A stretch of DNA of 64,000 bases from an uncultured Chloroflexia bacterium (GTDB lineage: Bacteria; Chloroflexota; Dehalococcoidia; SZUA-161): assembly GCA_963847595.1 (NCBI GenBank), contig CAWKAJ010000001.1, positions 268,729 through 332,728 of the forward strand, written 5' to 3'. Shown piece after piece: positions 1 through 10,583 of the stretch. Positions within the stretch are counted from its first letter, which is position 1; the number at the start of each line of letters is the position of its first letter. The position numbers were made by a program, and so were the translations under genes. The notes below the pieces were generated by a model that was given only the letters and a program-made list of their open reading frames with translations, searched no databases and was not told where the DNA came from.

Positions 1-896
1 TCGATGTCCCGGAGTTCTCCCAACAAACGCTGAAGTGCGGAGCGGACAAGATGCCGCTTCAGGGCAGGCTGAAGCCTGGAGAACTCTGCCCTGTCGATAG
101 CTACCCCCTCCGCTTGCTCCCGCGCCACCGGGCCCCAAAGCCTCGACATCTCTGCTTCGATATATGTCAGGTCAGCATCAGCAGCGCTAGCCATGCGGAG
201 TAAAGCCTTGTCTATATCAGGGTTATATTCCCGAAGCAAGGGAATGAGTTGAGAACGAATCCTGTTGCGCAAATAGTCGGGCAAGCGGTTGGAGGAATCG
301 CTTCGCGGCGACAGGCCCCGGCCAGCACAATAGGCCTCAGTCTCTGCTCTACCGACCTCCAGCAGAGGCCTCACTATCTTAAGGCTGTTTCCGCCAGGGG
401 AACGTAATGTGCTGAGAGGCTGCATGCCGCGAAGACCGGCTAGTCCTGTTCCACGCACCAGATGCATCAGGATAGTCTCAATCTGGTCATCGGCAGTATG
501 CCCCACCGCGACCGCGTCCGCGCCCAGAGAACAGCCAACCTCCGAGAAGAAGGCATATCTTACCTCCCGCGCCGCTTCCTCCGCAGAGAGACGATTCTTC
601 TTTTGATAAGCCTTCACACCTCGCCTCTCGATGGTCGCCGGGATACCGAGTTTGTGTGCCAGCGCAGAGACGTAATCGGCATCTCCGTCCGATTCAGCGC
701 CCCGAAGCATATGGTTGAGGTGAGCGATATGAAGTTCTATGCCCAATGTGCTCTTTAGGCTAGCTAATACGTCCAGCAGACATACCGAGTCCGGCCCTCC
801 GGAGACACCTACCAGCAGGAACTCATTTCCCTTGACCAGATTGTGTCCCCGGATAAACCGTAAGACCCTTTGAGGCAAAGGCAGTTGGCGACTCAT
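1..896 (-). CDS. tilS: tRNA(Ile)-lysidine synthetase, 3' end runs off the left edge of the window
   Basis: Manual translation of the minus strand from ATG (rc of 894-896): MSRQLPLPQRVLRFIRGHNLVKGNEFLLVGVSGGPDSVCLLDVLASLK... PP-loop SGGxDS motif and TilS-like continuation. Absent from the ORF track because it is open at the window edge. Confidence 0.8.
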   Translation of the reverse strand, partial: MSRQLPLPQRVLRFIRGHNLVKGNEFLLVGVSGGPDSVCLLDVLASLKSTLGIELHIAHLNHMLRGAESDGDADYVSALAHKLGIPATIERRGVKAYQKKNRLSAEEAAREVRYAFFSEVGCSLGADAVAVGHTADDQIETILMHLVRGTGLAGLRGMQPLSTLRSPGGNSLKIVRPLLEVGRAETEAYCAGRGLSPRSDSSNRLPDYLRNRIRSQLIPLLREYNPDIDKALLRMASAADADLTYIEAEMSRLWGPVAREQAEGVAIDRAEFSRLQPALKRHLVRSALQRLLGELRDI

Positions 897-904
897 CTAA
901 TTCC

Positions 905-1537
905 TTATCTCAAGTGGCAGGTATCGTTGAAGGAGACCAGCACCGTTCTCTCCGGATGAAAGTCCAGAGTGCACATCGAGGCCACGTCTAACCTCAACCT
1001 TCTACAATACGAGAGGTCCATTCCGAGTGAATCGCAGATAATGCACATAATCGGGAAAAAGTGAGTGACTGCAACCACCACCTTGTCTTCGTCACCGCAC
1101 TTCTCACCCCCTACCGTCTGTTGTTTCTCGCGAATATCCTTGACAGCAGCACAACATTGGTCACGCAGTTCCGGCACAGTTCCCCCGCCGGGCAACCTCA
1201 CAGACGTGAAATCCGCCATCCATTTGGTGAAAAATTCGCTGTGGTAAATCTTCATATCATCATAGGTCATGCCATCGACTTCGCCGACATCCAACTCCTT
1301 CAGGCCATCCAGGGTCACCACCTCGACCTGATGAAAACGGCTTATGGCATGGGCCGTCTCCTGTGCTCGCCTCAAGGGGCTGGTGTAGATAGCATCTACC
1401 CTCTCATTCTTGAGAGCCTGAGCCAGGGCTTCCGCCTGCCTTTTACCGGTCTCATTCAACCCGAGGTTGCTCAGCCCCTGCACCCGGCGCTGCTGGTTCC
1501 AGTCAGTCGTCCCATGTCTCACCAGGATAAGCCTCAT
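905..1537 (-). CDS. histidine phosphatase family protein (phosphoglycerate mutase / CobC-like)
   Basis: N-terminal LILVRHGTTDWN (RHG catalytic motif), later SPLRRAQETA. 210 aa. Confidence 0.7.
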   Translation of the reverse strand: MRLILVRHGTTDWNQQRRVQGLSNLGLNETGKRQAEALAQALKNERVDAIYTSPLRRAQETAHAISRFHQVEVVTLDGLKELDVGEVDGMTYDDMKIYHSEFFTKWMADFTSVRLPGGGTVPELRDQCCAAVKDIREKQQTVGGEKCGDEDKVVVAVTHFFPIMCIICDSLGMDLSYCRRLRLDVASMCTLDFHPERTVLVSFNDTCHLR

Positions 1538-2661
1538 CGTTTGCCTTCTTTTCGATAGCGGTTAGCCAATTCCACGCGCTTGGAATAAGGAGGATGGTCA
1601 TAGAACAAAAGCTCCGACCATCTGCTGGGCTCTGACTCAGACAGGTTTTGGTCGGTGAGCTTGGTGAGCATGGCAGCAAACGCCTCGGGATTTTCTGTAA
1701 CGGCCAGAGAGTATCGGTCTGCGGATTCCTCCAGGCTTCGACTGTAGGCATTAGATAGGGGCATGAGCACGAGGGCAAAAGCGAACCCGACCAGCGCCAG
1801 CAGAGGAAGTGCTGCCACATCGGAGATACCGCTCATATCTAATCTGGGCACAGCCCAATCCAGTGTCAGGTTCATTAAATAGAATCCCAGAAGCATCAGC
1901 GCTGATTGCGCTACCATGAGTCTGATGATATCGCCATGACGGTGATGGCCGAGCTCATGGGCCATGACCACCTCGATCTCCTCAGGTGTATAGCGCTGCA
2001 GCATGGTATCGCCGATAACGATGCGCCTGGTATTCCCCCAACCCATAAGCATAGCATTTCCGGCGCTGGTCTTGCTGCTGAGCCTGATCTGGAATATATT
2101 CCTGATTTTAACATGAGAACGCTCCGCCAGGCTGAGCAATCTTTTGCGCAGCTCTTGGTCTGCGAGCGGCTCCGTCTTAAAGAAAAGGGGCAAAATGAGC
2201 ACAGGCGCCAGGTTGGCCAGCACCACGGTGACCAAGACCATAAAAGCAAAGGCTAACAGCCACCATGTCTGGGGGAATGTCCCAAGTAACAGGTAAATGA
2301 CTACCACCAGTGCCGCGCCCATCGTTAATGCTAGAATCCCACCCTTCGCCTCATCGGCCAGCCAAGACTTAAAACTTTGATGAGATAGGCCATAGCGATG
2401 GGGCAGGATGAAACCCTGATAGAAATTCAGCGGGGCAGAGATGATGCCATAGCTCACCACCACAATCAAAAAGTATAGTGCAACCCTGGCCGATTGGGGG
2501 AAATCCAAAAAGTTCCTCAGCCCGGTGGAGAGTTCGCCGAACAAGAGCACGAGCAGGAAGACAGCCCCCAGGGCCAAGTCGATGAAGAAAAGACGGCGCG
2601 TTATCCTGGCATACTCCCGCGCCTTCTTTTGCCTCAGCTCATCCAGGGTTTGCTCTGACAT
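1534..2661 (-). CDS. M48-family Zn metallopeptidase (HtpX/Ste24-like), membrane
   Basis: HELGHHRH (HExxH) zinc motif, several hydrophobic helices, 375 aa. Confidence 0.75.
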   Translation of the reverse strand: MSEQTLDELRQKKAREYARITRRLFFIDLALGAVFLLVLLFGELSTGLRNFLDFPQSARVALYFLIVVVSYGIISAPLNFYQGFILPHRYGLSHQSFKSWLADEAKGGILALTMGAALVVVIYLLLGTFPQTWWLLAFAFMVLVTVVLANLAPVLILPLFFKTEPLADQELRKRLLSLAERSHVKIRNIFQIRLSSKTSAGNAMLMGWGNTRRIVIGDTMLQRYTPEEIEVVMAHELGHHRHGDIIRLMVAQSALMLLGFYLMNLTLDWAVPRLDMSGISDVAALPLLALVGFAFALVLMPLSNAYSRSLEESADRYSLAVTENPEAFAAMLTKLTDQNLSESEPSRWSELLFYDHPPYSKRVELANRYRKEGKR

Positions 2662-2671
2662 CTCTTCACGA

Positions 2672-3340
2672 CTACCGTTGCGGAACAGGCCTGGCCTGCT
2701 TCTCTAAAATCAGCTTGGTACGATGAATCGATTTGGGGTGAATTGTAAGACCAAGGGCTGAAAGCACCTGCTCGGGCCTGCCTGTGCCAGAGCTGTCACA
2801 GCGTAGCTTCATTCCCATGGTATACTCAGGCGGATGACTTTCGATAATCCAGATGTCCTCGACTAAAGTTCGAAGGTCATACCTGCGAACCTCTTTATCC
2901 CGGGCGTGCTGCCAGGGCAATTCAGCGCTGGAAAGCAGGGAATCGATAGCAGTCTGCACCTCATTCGGCTTCTTGTCAGTATCAGCGATGACCTTGTATT
3001 CAGCATAGCGCACTTGAGATTGCAGCGAAGGCAGCCCCAGCCCCATCTCCGCTACCTCGGATATATCGATGCCGCGAGGTAACTGCTCCCTGACAGCTTT
3101 GATAAAAAAGTGTGGTGAGACCCGTCGCTCCAGGAAAATATCTATAAGCTCCCCGCCACTGGTCACCCCGACAGCCAGGGGCGCTGCGAGGGATAGATGC
3201 GGATGAGGGCTGAAGCCCTGAGAATAGACTAGCGGAATGTCAGCACGACGTAGTACTCTTTGCCACAGCCTCATCAGGTCTAGGTGAGAGGTATACTTTA
3301 GCTCCTCACTTCTGCTGAACGTCAGACGTAGTCGCTGCAT
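2672..3340 (-). CDS. radical-SAM-linked protein (DUF2344/TIGR03936-like)
   Basis: KYTSHLDLMRLWQRVLRRADIPLVYSQGFSPHPHLSLAAPLAVGV matches the conserved core of that family as I remember it. Confidence 0.6.
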   Translation of the reverse strand: MQRLRLTFSRSEELKYTSHLDLMRLWQRVLRRADIPLVYSQGFSPHPHLSLAAPLAVGVTSGGELIDIFLERRVSPHFFIKAVREQLPRGIDISEVAEMGLGLPSLQSQVRYAEYKVIADTDKKPNEVQTAIDSLLSSAELPWQHARDKEVRRYDLRTLVEDIWIIESHPPEYTMGMKLRCDSSGTGRPEQVLSALGLTIHPKSIHRTKLILEKQARPVPQR

Positions 3341-4607
3341 CTTTCTCCTTGGTCACCAGGATTTTCTCGACCTTCAGCCCCTTCATCGCAGTTACCGCCA
3401 TCTTCAACTTCTCGTATCTCAACTGCTCCCCCTCTTTGGGGATATGGCCAAGTAAACTCAAGACAAAGCCGGCAACTGTCTCATAAGGCCCCTCGGGAAC
3501 CCCCAATTCCAGCTTCTCGTTAGCATCTTCGATCTTCATCCCGCCATCGATCTGAAAACTGTTTTCACCGACTGTCTCAAAGCTTTTCCTCGCTTTCGTC
3601 AGTTCATCCTCCATCTCCCCCACGATTTCCTCCAGTAGCTGCTCCACAGTTATCATACCGGCAACGCCACCGAACTCATCTGCAACTATAGCCAGATGGT
3701 CACCGGACTTCTGTAGTTCGGCAAAAAGTTCAGCCACCAATTTATTCTCTGGAACAAAGTGGACCGGACGCAGCAGTTCATCAATCGAGTTATCTTCTTG
3801 ACACGAGCCTTTTGCTTGAGCCATTAGCAGATCTTTTATCCAGAGGATTCCCACTACCTTATCCCTGCTATCTTCATATACAGGGAATCGCGAATGTGGA
3901 GTCTGGGCATAGATAGAGAGAAAATCACGTATCGTGGTGCCTTTCTCCACCCAGGTAACGCTGGGACGAGGAGTCAGCACCTCGGAGACCCGACGGTCGC
4001 CGAAGCGAAACACCGCCTCCACCATCTCAGCCTCAGACTCTTCGAGGGTCCCCTCTTCCACGCCAACTGAGACAGCAGTGCGGATCTCCGCCTCACTTGT
4101 CAGCACCTTGGGTACAGGAGATGCCCCTACTAGTCGAGCTAATTTATCGCCGATCCAGACGAGTACCATCGCTATCGGGGATAGTATCCATATCAATATC
4201 CGCATCGGCGTGATGTATAAGAAGGCTAACCGCTCACCATATCTGGTAGCTACAACCTTGGGAAATACCTCCGCGAAGATAAGCAACAGCATGCTCACAC
4301 CCAACGTAGTCACCAGCACTGACTGCCCTTCAGTCAACGCAGTAGCAATGAGAATTGTAGCCAAAGCTGCAGCAGCGGTGTTAGCCAGATTATTTCCCAG
4401 AAGCACAGTGGTCAACAGGCGCTCAGGCTTTTCTGTCATTGTAGCAACCCGCCTGGCAGCATCAGTATCAGCATTGTCGGTACGGGCCAGATGTCTCAGC
4501 CGCAGCTTCTGCAACGAGATGAATGCTGTCTCTGAGCTGGAGAAAAAGGCGGAAAACAACAGGCACATAAAAAACAGTACCACGTATATCACATCGGTAT
4601 TGTTCAT
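3306..4607 (-). CDS. HlyC/CorC (CNNM) family transporter, DUF21-CBS-CorC architecture
   Basis: N-terminal TM region followed by CBS pair and C-terminal CorC_HlyC-like segment. 433 aa. Confidence 0.8.
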   Translation of the reverse strand: MNNTDVIYVVLFFMCLLFSAFFSSSETAFISLQKLRLRHLARTDNADTDAARRVATMTEKPERLLTTVLLGNNLANTAAAALATILIATALTEGQSVLVTTLGVSMLLLIFAEVFPKVVATRYGERLAFLYITPMRILIWILSPIAMVLVWIGDKLARLVGASPVPKVLTSEAEIRTAVSVGVEEGTLEESEAEMVEAVFRFGDRRVSEVLTPRPSVTWVEKGTTIRDFLSIYAQTPHSRFPVYEDSRDKVVGILWIKDLLMAQAKGSCQEDNSIDELLRPVHFVPENKLVAELFAELQKSGDHLAIVADEFGGVAGMITVEQLLEEIVGEMEDELTKARKSFETVGENSFQIDGGMKIEDANEKLELGVPEGPYETVAGFVLSLLGHIPKEGEQLRYEKLKMAVTAMKGLKVEKILVTKEKDAATTSDVQQK

Positions 4608-4648
4608 AATCTCAACCCCCTTACCCCATTAAAGCCAAAACCTTGGGG

Positions 4649-5929
4649 TTATACCAATTCCCCCACAAGGATACCATCTCGCTGCCCAACTACTTTTGTC
4701 GCCAGTACCCGATTACCCAGGTACTCCTGGCTGGGTAGAAAAACCCTCAAATAGTTTTCGGTGAGCCCGAACCAGATGCCGTCTTTCTTACCCTCCCACA
4801 ACACATTCACGCTCCGGCCCGCGAACCGTTCCCTGAAGCTGCAGGTGCTTCTATGAGCCAGCTCAAGCATGAGCTGGCATCGCCGCTTCTTTTCACCGTC
4901 TCCCACCTTACCTGCCATCCGCGCTGCTTTGGTGCCCGGACGAGCCGAATAGGGAAAAACGTGCGTGGCAGCGAATCCCATACGTTCGCAGAATCGGTAG
5001 CTCTCGCTGAACTCTTCCTCGCTCTCCCCGGGGAAGCCAACCATCAGGTCAGTGGTCAAAGATAAGTCCGGTATAGCCTCACGGGCCATCGCTGCCGCGC
5101 GCTCATAATCGGCAATAGAATAAGCTCGCCCCATCCTCTGCAGCACCGCGTCGCTGCCGCTCTGCAGCGGGAGGTGAATATGAGGGCAGAGCCGGCTATC
5201 TTTCCAGAGACTCAGAAATTCCGGAGTTAGGTCGCTGGGCTCCAGCGACGAGAGCCGTAATCGCTGTACTTCGCTCTCACTGAGCATACGCTCGACTAAC
5301 CCCTGAAGTCCACCTTCATGCTCATAGCTCCCGATCCGCGTACCGGTCAGCACCACCTCTTTATATCCTTCGGCTGCCCTCGTTTTGACCTCGGCGATGA
5401 CATCATCCTGAGAGCGGCTTCTCTCCCGCCCCCGGACCCGGGGCACCACGCAAAACGAACAGGGCTGGCTGCACCCCTCCTGAATCTTTACCAGCGCCCG
5501 AGTGCGAAATGTCGAGCTTTTAAGAACATCCTCCGACCCGCAACTCTCATGCCCATTGGTCTTGGCCTGGACTATCTCTGCCAGCCTCTCCTTATCGCGG
5601 TTGCCCACAACCAGTCCCACCCCCTCGATGCCCCCGACTTCCACAGCGGCCCTCTCCACATAGCAGCCCGTAGCTACAATTAGTGCTTTCGGGTTACGTC
5701 GCTGGGCTAGCCTCAGCAGATTACGACACTTGCGATCGGCGATATGGGTTACCGTGCATGTGTTCAGCAGGTAGATATCAGCCGCTTGGTCAGGGGCAAC
5801 GACTTGATAGCCAGCTTCGAGGAACTGGCGGGCTAAGGACTCCGTTTCTGCCTGATTGAGCTTACAACCCAGTGTCTGGAGAGCTATTGTCCCCAGGCCT
5901 GACCTCCCCTCCTCAACTGTCACCTTCAT
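4649..5929 (-). CDS. mtaB: radical SAM methylthiotransferase, MiaB/MtaB family
   Basis: MTTase N-domain (TLGCKLNQAETE), radical SAM CSQPCSFC (CxxxCxxC), size 426 aa consistent with MtaB. Confidence 0.75.
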   Translation of the reverse strand: MKVTVEEGRSGLGTIALQTLGCKLNQAETESLARQFLEAGYQVVAPDQAADIYLLNTCTVTHIADRKCRNLLRLAQRRNPKALIVATGCYVERAAVEVGGIEGVGLVVGNRDKERLAEIVQAKTNGHESCGSEDVLKSSTFRTRALVKIQEGCSQPCSFCVVPRVRGRERSRSQDDVIAEVKTRAAEGYKEVVLTGTRIGSYEHEGGLQGLVERMLSESEVQRLRLSSLEPSDLTPEFLSLWKDSRLCPHIHLPLQSGSDAVLQRMGRAYSIADYERAAAMAREAIPDLSLTTDLMVGFPGESEEEFSESYRFCERMGFAATHVFPYSARPGTKAARMAGKVGDGEKKRRCQLMLELAHRSTCSFRERFAGRSVNVLWEGKKDGIWFGLTENYLRVFLPSQEYLGNRVLATKVVGQRDGILVGELV

Positions 5930-6083
5930 TTCCTCCAGGTGCTGCCTCCGCCTTATTATATGTTGCCCTATCTCGCTCCGTCAAGTTCAGCGCAATGCGA
6001 CGAAGCCTTCATATTCCTGACCCTTTGCCAGGCTATTATCAGGGGGACCTTATAATTTGTAATAGCTATGTTATTAATTTTAC

Positions 6084-6112
6084 TTGACAATGTCGTTGTC
6101 ACTAATTATAAT
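6084..6112 (+). promoter_or_regulatory. sigma70-type promoter TTGACA-17-TATAAT upstream of dnaJ, overlapped by palindrome TGACAA-N5-TTGTCA
   Basis: Read directly: ttgaca at 6084-6089, tataat at 6107-6112. Inverted repeat tgacaa(6085-6090)/ttgtca(6096-6101). Confidence 0.55.
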
Positions 6113-6132
6113 ACAACTCAGGAGGCTTAGCT

Positions 6133-7113
6133 ATGGCGGCCAAGGATTATTATGCGATTCTGGGACTAAGCAAAAACGCTACCGACAAGGATATAAAGCA
6201 GGCTTACAGGAAGCTGGCCCGTCAGTATCACCCTGACGTTAACCCCGGCAACAAGTCAGCCGAGGCCAGGTTCAAGGAGATAAACGAGGCCCACGAGGTG
6301 CTCTCCGACCCTGAGAAACGCAAGAAATACGACCAGTTCGGCGAGCAGTGGCAGTACGCCGACCAGTTCGCCAGGGCAGGAGGGCAGCAACAGCAGCCAG
6401 CCTGGGAGTTCCGGAGAGGCGGCACTCAATACGACTTCGGCGACACGGGCGAAGCTGAAGGTTTTGGAGATATCTTCGATTCCCTCCTCCGCGGCTCCAG
6501 AGGCAGGACAACGCGCCGCCCTCTGAGAGGTCAGGACTTCGAACAGCCTGTCGAGGTATCTCTGGAGGAGGCTTATCGGGGCACAGCGCGGGTGCTCGAG
6601 ATGCAGGTCGAGGAACCGTGCCCCACCTGCAAGGGTAGGGGCTGTCGCACCTGCGGCGGCGCAGGGGCCGTGCTCAGGCCCAGGCGTCTCGAGGTCAAGA
6701 TCCCGCCCGGTGTCAGGGAAGGCTCCCGCGTCAGGATCGCCGGCAAGGGCGGGCCGGGCCAGACGGGAGGCGAAGCCGGTGACCTTTACCTGCTCATTTC
6801 GGTGAAGCCGGACAACCGATTCCAGAGAACAGAGGACGACCTTCATGTGGATGTGCCCGTCCTTTTGACTGATGCTATTCTGGGCGGCGAGGTTGAGGTG
6901 CCCACGCTGGAGGGCAAGAAGCTGGCCCTCAAGATACCGCCCGAGACCCAGAACAGCAAGGTGTTTCGCCTTGCGGGGCAGGGCATGCCCCGTCTCGGCA
7001 ACAATACCAAAGGCGACCTCTTTGCCAGGGTCAACGTTGTCCTGCCCGCCAGTCTCTCCCCAAGGGAGAAGGAGCTTTTCCAACAGCTAAAATCGCTTCG
7101 TGCTAAAGGATAA
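6133..7113 (+). CDS. dnaJ: DnaJ-class J-domain chaperone with two CxxCxGxG repeats (CbpA/DnaJ-like)
   Basis: J-domain DYYAILGL...HPD motif. CPTCKGRGCRTCGGAG half zinc-finger. DnaJ C-terminal domain. Confidence 0.8.
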   Translation: MAAKDYYAILGLSKNATDKDIKQAYRKLARQYHPDVNPGNKSAEARFKEINEAHEVLSDPEKRKKYDQFGEQWQYADQFARAGGQQQQPAWEFRRGGTQYDFGDTGEAEGFGDIFDSLLRGSRGRTTRRPLRGQDFEQPVEVSLEEAYRGTARVLEMQVEEPCPTCKGRGCRTCGGAGAVLRPRRLEVKIPPGVREGSRVRIAGKGGPGQTGGEAGDLYLLISVKPDNRFQRTEDDLHVDVPVLLTDAILGGEVEVPTLEGKKLALKIPPETQNSKVFRLAGQGMPRLGNNTKGDLFARVNVVLPASLSPREKELFQQLKSLRAKG

Positions 7114-7119
7114 TGTCAA

Positions 7120-7461
7120 ATGCGTCAACCACGGAGGTCAAAGACTATGGAAGCTGAATATTCTGAGCCCCGTTATATCATAAGTATTGCAGCCAACATG
7201 CTCGGCGTGCATGTCCAGACACTGAGATACTACGAGCGGGCAGGCATGATCGAGCCCTCGCGTTCCCGGGGCAACAGGCGTCTCTATTCCGCGAGTGACA
7301 TCGAACGCCTCCGCCGCATCAAGACCCTCATTGATGACCTGGGAGTCAATCTGGCCGGCGTAGAGGTCATCATCAGGATGAGCCAGCGCATGATCGAGAT
7401 GGAGAGGGAGATACAGGAGTTGGAACAGAGAATACAGCGCCTCACCGAGGCCGGAGCATGA
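7120..7461 (+). CDS. hspR: MerR-family heat-shock repressor HspR-like
   Basis: MerR HTH (IISIAANMLGVHVQTLRYYERAGMIEPSR) immediately downstream of dnaJ, as in dnaK/dnaJ-hspR operons of other bacteria. Confidence 0.7.
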   Translation: MRQPRRSKTMEAEYSEPRYIISIAANMLGVHVQTLRYYERAGMIEPSRSRGNRRLYSASDIERLRRIKTLIDDLGVNLAGVEVIIRMSQRMIEMEREIQELEQRIQRLTEAGA

Positions 7462-7510
7462 TTTCAGCAAACTATGCGATGATGAGACCCCTGCAAAAGA
7501 GGTGCAGGAA

Positions 7511-7630
7511 ACTTCCTGCCGGGGGTTTGGGGGCCTGTCCTGAGCCCTGTCCTGAGTTCATCGAAGGATTGTCGAAGGATGTCCCCCAAATCCTAAAATC
7601 CCCCAAGATTGGGGGATAAGGGGGTTGATG
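7511..7630. repeat. G5/C5 double-hairpin repeat, copy A (diverged, contains internal tandem duplications)
   Basis: cgggggtttggggg ... atcccccaagattgggggataagggggttga. Similar to copies at 16866-16963 and 18253-18357. Confidence 0.6.
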
Positions 7631-7683
7631 TAGATTATTTTAGCACTCTCTATGATGAGAGTTTGCCAGAGGGAGAATAGACC

Positions 7684-10113
7684 ATGATGAAGCCCGAAAA
7701 GCTTACCGAACAGGCCCAGGAAATGCTCGCTGCTTCACAGGAGCTGGTGCTCCAATACCGTCACAACCAGTGGGACGTGGAGCACGTCCTGCTAGCCCTG
7801 TTGCAGAAAGAGGATAGCGTCGCCGCTGATGTACTTAGAGAGCTCCGTGTTGATATTGACCGGGTGAGAGAAAGGGTAGAACAGGCCCTGCAACGCAGCC
7901 CCAAGGTAGCTGGTGAGATCACACAGGTATACCCCACCCCTCGTGTTGCCAGCATGCTCCAGAGAGCCTCCAACGAGGCCGCCAGGCTCAAGGACGAGTT
8001 TGTGAGCACAGAACACCTGCTCATCGCCATCGCCGGAGAGCAGCAGGGGGAAGCAGCCCGTATTCTTAAGGAATTCGGTATCGACCAGGAGAAGATATAC
8101 CGTGCCCTTCAGGGCATCCGCGGCGGGCAGCGCGTCACCGACCCTAAGGCAGAGAGCAAATATCGCGCCCTGGAGAAATACAGCCGCGACCTGACCGAAC
8201 TCGCCAGAGCAGGCAAGCTTGACCCCGTCATCGGGCGCGATGAAGAGATAAGGCGGGTGATGCAGATACTTACCCGCCGCACCAAGAATAACCCCGTCAT
8301 CATCGGCGAGGTCGGCGTGGGCAAGACAGCCATCGCCGAAGGGCTGGCACAGAAAATCGTGGCCGGCGACGTCCCCGATTCTCTGAAGGGGCGCCGTGTC
8401 CTCGCTCTGGATATGGGAGCGCTGGTCGCCGGAAGTAAGTTCCGCGGCGAGTTCGAGGAGCGGCTCAAGGCCGTCATGGACGAAATCCGCCGCGCTCAGG
8501 GAGAGATAGTGCTCTTCATCGACGAGTTGCATACCGTAGTCGGGGCCGGGGCCGCCGAAGGGGCCATAGATGCCTCCAACATGCTGAAGCCGGCGCTGTC
8601 CCGTGGTGAGCTCCAGGCACTGGGCGCTACCACGCTCGATGAATATAAGAAGTATGTCGAAAAAGACCGCGCCCTGGAGAGAAGATTCCAGCAGGTGTAC
8701 ATAGATGAGCCCAGTGCGGAGGATACCATCGAGATGCTGAAGGGGCTGAGGCCTCGATACGAAGCCCATCACAAGATCAAGATAGATGATTCTGCGCTGG
8801 AAGCTGCGGCCAAGCTCAGCCAGCGTTATATCTCGGACCGGCACCTTCCCGACAAGGCCATAGACCTCATTGACGAAGCCGCATCCAAGCTGAGGATCGA
8901 CGCCGAGAGTCCTCCGCAGGAGGTCAAGAGCCTGGAGCAGAGAATTCAGCAGATGACCAACGAGGAGGAGGCAGCCTCGCAGCGCGGCGACTACAAGCAA
9001 TCCGCCACGCTCAAGGCGCAGCGTCTGAGCCTGGAGAAAGAGTACGAGAAGGCCCGGAACAAATGGCTTAAGGATAAGAAAATAAAACAGGTAGTTACCG
9101 AGGAGGACATCGCCGAGCTCATCTCCAAGTGGACCGGCATCCCGGTAAGGCGCATGCTCGAAGGGGAGACCGGAAAGCTCCTCCATATGGAGGAAAGCCT
9201 GCACCTCAGGATCGTGGGACAGGACGAGGCCATCAACGCAGTCTCCGATGCCATCAGGAGGGCGCGTGCCGGGTTGAAAGACCCCAAGAGGCCCATCGGC
9301 AGCTTCATCTTCCTGGGACCCACCGGCGTGGGCAAGACCGAGCTCGCCCGGGCCCTGGCTGAGTTCCTCTTCGATGACGAGGATGCCATGGTCAGGCTCG
9401 ACATGTCGGAGTACATGGAGAAGCACACCGTGTCCCGCCTCATCGGCGCTCCACCGGGGTACATCGGCTATGAAGAGGGCGGCCAGCTCACTGAGGCTGT
9501 GCGTCGCCGACCCTACAAGGTCATCCTGTTCGACGAGATAGAGAAGGCGCATGAAGACGTGTTCAACATCCTGCTCCAGATACTGGAGGACGGACGTCTT
9601 ACCGATGGCCACGGCAGGACTGTTGACTTCAAAAACACCGTGCTCATCATGACCTCGAACCTGGGCGGCGAGGAATTTCAGCGCGGATCTCTCGGCTTCC
9701 TCCATGAGATGCAGACCGAGAGCGAGCAGAAGAGGCTCAGGGGTACCATCGAGACCGCTCTGAAGAAGAAATTCCGTCCTGAGTTCCTCAACCGCATCGA
9801 TGAGGTCATCATATTCAAGCCGCTCACCGAGGAGCAGATAAGGCAGATTGTTGACCTCCAGATAAAAGAGGTACAGAAACGGCTTGCCGACCGCAAGATA
9901 ACCGTGACGCTCACTGATAAGGCCAAGGACTGGCTGGCCAAGGCCGGCTTCGACCCCACATTTGGCGCACGTCCTTTGAAGAGGGCCATCCAGCGTGAAG
10001 TGGAGACCCCGCTGTCCAAGAAGATACTGCAGGGCGAGTTCAAAGAAGGCGACGAAGTCAAAGTTGACCTCAGCACCGAAGGACTGGTCTTCAGCGCCAA
10101 CGGCAGACTGTAG
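7684..10113 (+). CDS. clpC: Clp/Hsp100 AAA+ ATPase, ClpC-type (two AAA modules, short M-domain, LGF ClpP-docking loop)
   Basis: Two Walker A motifs ([16 protein letters not shown]), short middle domain (~60 aa), SLGFLHE insertion after TSNLG typical of ClpC rather than ClpB. 809 aa. Confidence 0.75.
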   Translation: MMKPEKLTEQAQEMLAASQELVLQYRHNQWDVEHVLLALLQKEDSVAADVLRELRVDIDRVRERVEQALQRSPKVAGEITQVYPTPRVASMLQRASNEAARLKDEFVSTEHLLIAIAGEQQGEAARILKEFGIDQEKIYRALQGIRGGQRVTDPKAESKYRALEKYSRDLTELARAGKLDPVIGRDEEIRRVMQILTRRTKNNPVIIGEVGVGKTAIAEGLAQKIVAGDVPDSLKGRRVLALDMGALVAGSKFRGEFEERLKAVMDEIRRAQGEIVLFIDELHTVVGAGAAEGAIDASNMLKPALSRGELQALGATTLDEYKKYVEKDRALERRFQQVYIDEPSAEDTIEMLKGLRPRYEAHHKIKIDDSALEAAAKLSQRYISDRHLPDKAIDLIDEAASKLRIDAESPPQEVKSLEQRIQQMTNEEEAASQRGDYKQSATLKAQRLSLEKEYEKARNKWLKDKKIKQVVTEEDIAELISKWTGIPVRRMLEGETGKLLHMEESLHLRIVGQDEAINAVSDAIRRARAGLKDPKRPIGSFIFLGPTGVGKTELARALAEFLFDDEDAMVRLDMSEYMEKHTVSRLIGAPPGYIGYEEGGQLTEAVRRRPYKVILFDEIEKAHEDVFNILLQILEDGRLTDGHGRTVDFKNTVLIMTSNLGGEEFQRGSLGFLHEMQTESEQKRLRGTIETALKKKFRPEFLNRIDEVIIFKPLTEEQIRQIVDLQIKEVQKRLADRKITVTLTDKAKDWLAKAGFDPTFGARPLKRAIQREVETPLSKKILQGEFKEGDEVKVDLSTEGLVFSANGRL

Positions 10114-10136
10114 GGGCACGGGGACATGCTCACAGG

Positions 10137-10245
10137 GTAGATTGGAGCACCCGCTCCAACCCCGGCTGTAGGGGCACAAAATTTTGTGCCCTAAACCGTA
10201 GGGGCGGTTCACGAACCGCCCTTCATGTCATTGCTTTGAAAATGG
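10137..10245. repeat. composite palindromic repeat R1 (TTGGAGC..GCTCCAA + GTAGGGGCAC..GTGCCC + GGGGCGGTTC..GAACCGCCC + catgtcattgc)
   Basis: Direct repeat of 10481-10583 at roughly 90% identity. Confidence 0.7.
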
Positions 10246-10480
10246 AATGCTGAGGGCTCAATGTCATTCTGACCCTGAACGGAGTGAAGGGGAAGAATCT
10301 CAGTGCTTAGCACTGCGCTACTATTTTCATTCTTGGTGGTGACGATGACAATCGCCATGACCGATCCCCCCTGAGCAGGAATCCAGGCACGCCGCGAACC
10401 AATCTCCCCCTTAGGAAAGGGGGCTAGGGGGATTAGGAGCCCTTAGGGTTGTAGGGGCGTTCAACTGAACGCCCTGACAG

Positions 10481-10583
10481 GTAGATTGGAGCATCCGCTC
10501 CAACCCCTGCTGTAGGGGCACGGCATGCCGTGCCCAAAAACGTAGGGGCGGTTCGTGAACCGCCCCTCATGTCATTGCGAGAA
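10481..10583. repeat. composite palindromic repeat R2
   Basis: Second copy of R1. Hairpin loops differ from R1 but remain self-complementary. Confidence 0.7.

Noticed and set aside
7470-7683. Canonical HspR-associated inverted repeat (CTTGAGT-N7-ACTCAAG) upstream of clpC or dnaJ
   Set aside because: No match to that consensus was found. Only different palindromes were seen, and these are reported as findings.
7792-10212. 806-aa ORF antisense to clpC. Similar long antisense ORFs occur at 14518-15831, 16322-16936, 6256-7083, 3934-4632, 1061-1558, 45969-46979 and 59626-60012.
   Set aside because: Each is entirely embedded opposite a gene with strong family signatures. Long stop-free antisense frames are expected at about 60% G+C. 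The translations are low-complexity (Leu/Gly/Arg-rich) with no motifs or RBS.
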